Of a stretch of 64,000 nt of DNA, positions 61,246-64,000 are shown in pieces (within the stretch, counting starts at the first letter, position 1; the number at the start of each line of letters is the position of its first letter). The stretch covers positions 928,001 through 992,000 of the forward strand of contig CAWKMU010000003.1 of NCBI GenBank assembly GCA_963850905.1. The letters run 5' to 3'. The notes under the pieces are model-generated. The model did no database searches and was not told the origin of the DNA. It was given only the letters and a program-made list of their open reading frames with translations. The DNA comes from an uncultured Gemmatimonadales bacterium. GTDB taxonomy: Bacteria; Gemmatimonadota; Gemmatimonadetes; Gemmatimonadales; Gemmatimonadaceae. Made by a program: the position numbers and the translations under genes.

Positions 61246-64000
61246 TCATCCCTTCGTCTCGAGCCAATCCCGACCGATGCCCACGTCAACGAGAAGGGGA
61301 ACAGAGAGCTCCGCGGCATTTTCCATCTCGCTTACGACGAGGTGACGCAGCGGTTCGAGCTCCTCTGGAGGCGCCTCGAAGACCAACTCGTCGTGCACCT
61401 GCAGGAGCATGCGGCCGGAGAAGCGCTCTTCGCGCAAGCGGTCTGCAATGCGGATCATGGCGATCTTGATGAGGTCCGCAGCCGAACCCTGGATCGGCGA
61501 GTTCTGCGCCGTCCGCTCCCCAAATGCCCGAATGTTGAAGTTGCGGTCGCGCAGCTCGGGGATGTAGCGGCGGCGCCCAAAAATGGTTTGCACGTAGCCA
61601 CGCTCTCGCCCCTGGTCGATCATCGCATCGAGAAACGCGCGCACCCCTTGAAACCGCTCGAAGTACGTCGCGATGAATGCGCGGGCCTCGGCGTACTCGA
61701 TCTTGAGCTGCCGCGACAGCGCGTGCGCGCCTTGCCCATAGATCGTGGCGAAGTTGATGGTTTTTGCCAACGCACGCATCTCGGGCGTCACGTCCTCGAC
61801 GGGAGTCCCGAAGATAATCGACGCGGTCTGCCGGTGGATGTCGCCGCCCGACCGGAACGCGTCGACGAAGACCGGATCGCCCGACAGGTGCGCCAGTAGG
61901 CGAAGTTCGATCTGCGAGTAGTCGGCCGCGAGCAGATGCCATCCGCCGCGCGGGATGAAGCCGCGCCGGATGTCACGGCCCAGCTCTCGACGGATCGGGA
62001 TGTTCTGCAGGTTCGGGTCGCTCGACGACAAGCGACCCGTCGAGGCGACCGTTTGATTGAAGGACGTATGCACTCGCCCGTCTGCAGGCAGGATCAGCGC
62101 CGGCAATGCATCGAGATACGTCCCTTCCAGCTTGAACAGCTCGCGATACTCGAGCAGCAGCTCCGGCAGCGGGTGCCCCGCCTCCGCCAACTCTTGCAGC
62201 ACACTCGCGTCGGTCGAGGGCCCGCTTGCGGTCCGCTTGCGCACCGGAAGCTGGAGCTTGTCGAAGAGGATGGTTCGGAGTTGCGGGTTGGAGTTGATGT
62301 TGAATTCCTCACCGGCGGCGGCGTAGATCTCGCGCTCGACGCGCTCGCGCTCGCGCTGGAACCGCGCCTTGAGCGATCGGAACCACTCCACGTCGATCGC
62401 CACACCGGTCCACTCCATCTCGGCCAGCACATCCATCAGCGGCACCTCGATGTCGCGAAAGAGAGGCATCAGCGCGTGAGCCTCGAGCTCCGGCTCGAAG
62501 ACGGCGCGGAGACGAAGCGCCATGTCGGCGTTCTCGCACGAGTAGTCTCGCGCGCAATCGACGGGGACCTGATCGTACGGGATCTCTCCCCTCCCCTTGC
62601 CGCAGAGGTCGGCGTATGTCGTCACCCGATGGTCCAGAAACTCGAGCGCCAGCACATCCAGCCCATGCGAGCGGCGCCCCGGGTTGAGCACATAGCTCGC
62701 AACCATCGGATCGAAGTCGAGCCCCGCCAGCCGGACCCCCGCACGCCGCAGCGCCAGCACATCGAACTTCGAATTCTGCGCCGTCTTGCGGACCGAGCGA
62801 TCCTCGAGCAGTTCGCGCAGAGGCCGCATCTCCGGCTCAGCCAAGGACGGCAGGTTGCGAACGGGGGCAAGCCCGCCCCTCGCGATCCTCTCGGCAGCGA
62901 CCGAGACACCAGCTGCACGCGCGGGCGCCGCGCCGCCCCGATCGTCATCGTCGTCCGCATCCGACACCTCGCCAGCATCCGCGGACGCCGGACGTCCTCG
63001 GCGCCGCGAAGGTGCCGGCGCGGGACCTGACCCCACCCCCAGGTCCAGCTCTCCCGTGCCGGCGACGACCCCGACTCTGGCTTCCGGATCGCCGTCCTCT
63101 TCGAAGGCGAGCCCCTCGGGCCCCTCGATTAATCGAGCGGCCGCAATTGGCTCGACCTCGCTCCCGACGATCGAGGTCGGGTCGCGATGCGCCAATGGCA
63201 GGTAGTAGGCCTCACCTGGTGCAAGGGCAATCGACAGCCCGACAAGCGACGAGCGAAGGGGATCGACCGCGAGTGGAGAGTCGGGCTCGACGACGACTTG
63301 AGTATCGAGGGCGAAATGGCCGAGCCCGCGCGCCCGTCGCACCAGGGCCTGCACGTCGGCGACCGTGTCAACAGTACGATACTTAGTCTCGATAGGCGCT
63401 TTTGTTTGGACCTCGGTAACGGCGAGGTCCCGTGCCAGGGTGTGGAACTCCAGCTCGATGTAGATCTCACGAAGCTGGAGTGTGTCAGGCTCGCGGACGC
63501 GCAGGGACTCGAGATCGAGTGTGACGGGCAGATCGTCTCGTATAGTCACTAATTCCTTGGAAAGCACCGCGCGGTCAGCGTACTGCTGCAGGGCCTCCCG
63601 CGGGCGCTTCTTGGTGAGCTCAGCGGCGTGCGCGATGATCGATTCGAGTGGGCCGTACGTCTGAACGAGCTCGCGTGCTGTCTTCTCGCCGACACCCGGG
63701 ACGCCCGGCACGTTGTCCGAGCTGTCGCCTACCATCGCCAGGTAGTCGGTTACGAGTTGAGGCGGGACGCCGAGTCGTTCCTCAGCGTTCTCCACGCTGA
63801 CCCAATGCTCTTCGACATTGGCCGGACCGCCGCGGCCGGGGTTGAGGAGCCAGATGCCCGGCCGGACGAGTTGCTGGAAATCCTTGTCGCCCGAGACGAT
63901 GATCACGTTCACCCCGCGTTCGACCGCCTGGCGCGCCAACGTCCCGATCACATCGTCGGCCTCATAGCCCTCGAGCGTGATGTTGGGGATCCGGCTCGCT
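61246..64000 (-). CDS. polA: DNA polymerase I, 5'-truncated by window
   Basis: EADDVIGT, SGDKD, GDSSDNVPG, TGRLSSSDPNLQNIP, DYSQIELR, KTINFATIYG, QVHDE. Confidence 0.97.
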   Translation of the reverse strand, partial: ASRIPNITLEGYEADDVIGTLARQAVERGVNVIIVSGDKDFQQLVRPGIWLLNPGRGGPANVEEHWVSVENAEERLGVPPQLVTDYLAMVGDSSDNVPGVPGVGEKTARELVQTYGPLESIIAHAAELTKKRPREALQQYADRAVLSKELVTIRDDLPVTLDLESLRVREPDTLQLREIYIELEFHTLARDLAVTEVQTKAPIETKYRTVDTVADVQALVRRARGLGHFALDTQVVVEPDSPLAVDPLRSSLVGLSIALAPGEAYYLPLAHRDPTSIVGSEVEPIAAARLIEGPEGLAFEEDGDPEARVGVVAGTGELDLGVGSGPAPAPSRRRGRPASADAGEVSDADDDDDRGGAAPARAAGVSVAAERIARGGLAPVRNLPSLAEPEMRPLRELLEDRSVRKTAQNSKFDVLALRRAGVRLAGLDFDPMVASYVLNPGRRSHGLDVLALEFLDHRVTTYADLCGKGRGEIPYDQVPVDCARDYSCENADMALRLRAVFEPELEAHALMPLFRDIEVPLMDVLAEMEWTGVAIDVEWFRSLKARFQRERERVEREIYAAAGEEFNINSNPQLRTILFDKLQLPVRKRTASGPSTDASVLQELAEAGHPLPELLLEYRELFKLEGTYLDALPALILPADGRVHTSFNQTVASTGRLSSSDPNLQNIPIRRELGRDIRRGFIPRGGWHLLAADYSQIELRLLAHLSGDPVFVDAFRSGGDIHRQTASIIFGTPVEDVTPEMRALAKTINFATIYGQGAHALSRQLKIEYAEARAFIATYFERFQGVRAFLDAMIDQGRERGYVQTIFGRRRYIPELRDRNFNIRAFGERTAQNSPIQGSAADLIKIAMIRIADRLREERFSGRMLLQVHDELVFEAPPEELEPLRHLVVSEMENAAELSVPLLVDVGIGRDWLETKG

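Noticed and set aside
62860..63185. Intein in PolA
   Set aside because: No Cys/Ser start, His-Asn end or endonuclease motifs; low-complexity sequence

Overview
High-GC bacterial chromosomal window. Gene content and architecture (ADOP-type ABC permeases, a SusC/SusD pair, several TonB receptors) suggest a Gemmatimonadota-like organism; this is inference only. It is probably origin-proximal, because it carries mnmG, parA, a parS cluster and parB. Housekeeping genes include murB, mnmG, parAB, bactofilin, nif3 and polA (partial). It also holds a sigma-54 two-component system with a MacB/ADOP efflux operon, an M16 peptidase pair, and a nucleoside ABC operon split by a susCD pair. Most notable: (1) two back-to-back Cys/His-rich small ORFs with Pro-rich RAPP/LGPP motifs, each directly upstream of a TonB-dependent receptor (candidate metal-sensing ribosome-stalling leaders); (2) a family of ~100-125 bp inverted-repeat elements whose arms are interchangeable heptamer arrays around an ACAAACC-initiated core; (3) an orphan DNA adenine methyltransferase with a CTG at its Met position, sitting where rsmG usually lies and bracketed by those elements; (4) an orphan cytochrome b; (5) a PolA with substituted proofreading residues; (6) GTAG-type REPs. 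Several single-base frameshifts may be assembly errors. No rRNA, tRNA, CRISPR array or transposase was recognised. All product calls come from motif recognition by eye, not database searches.
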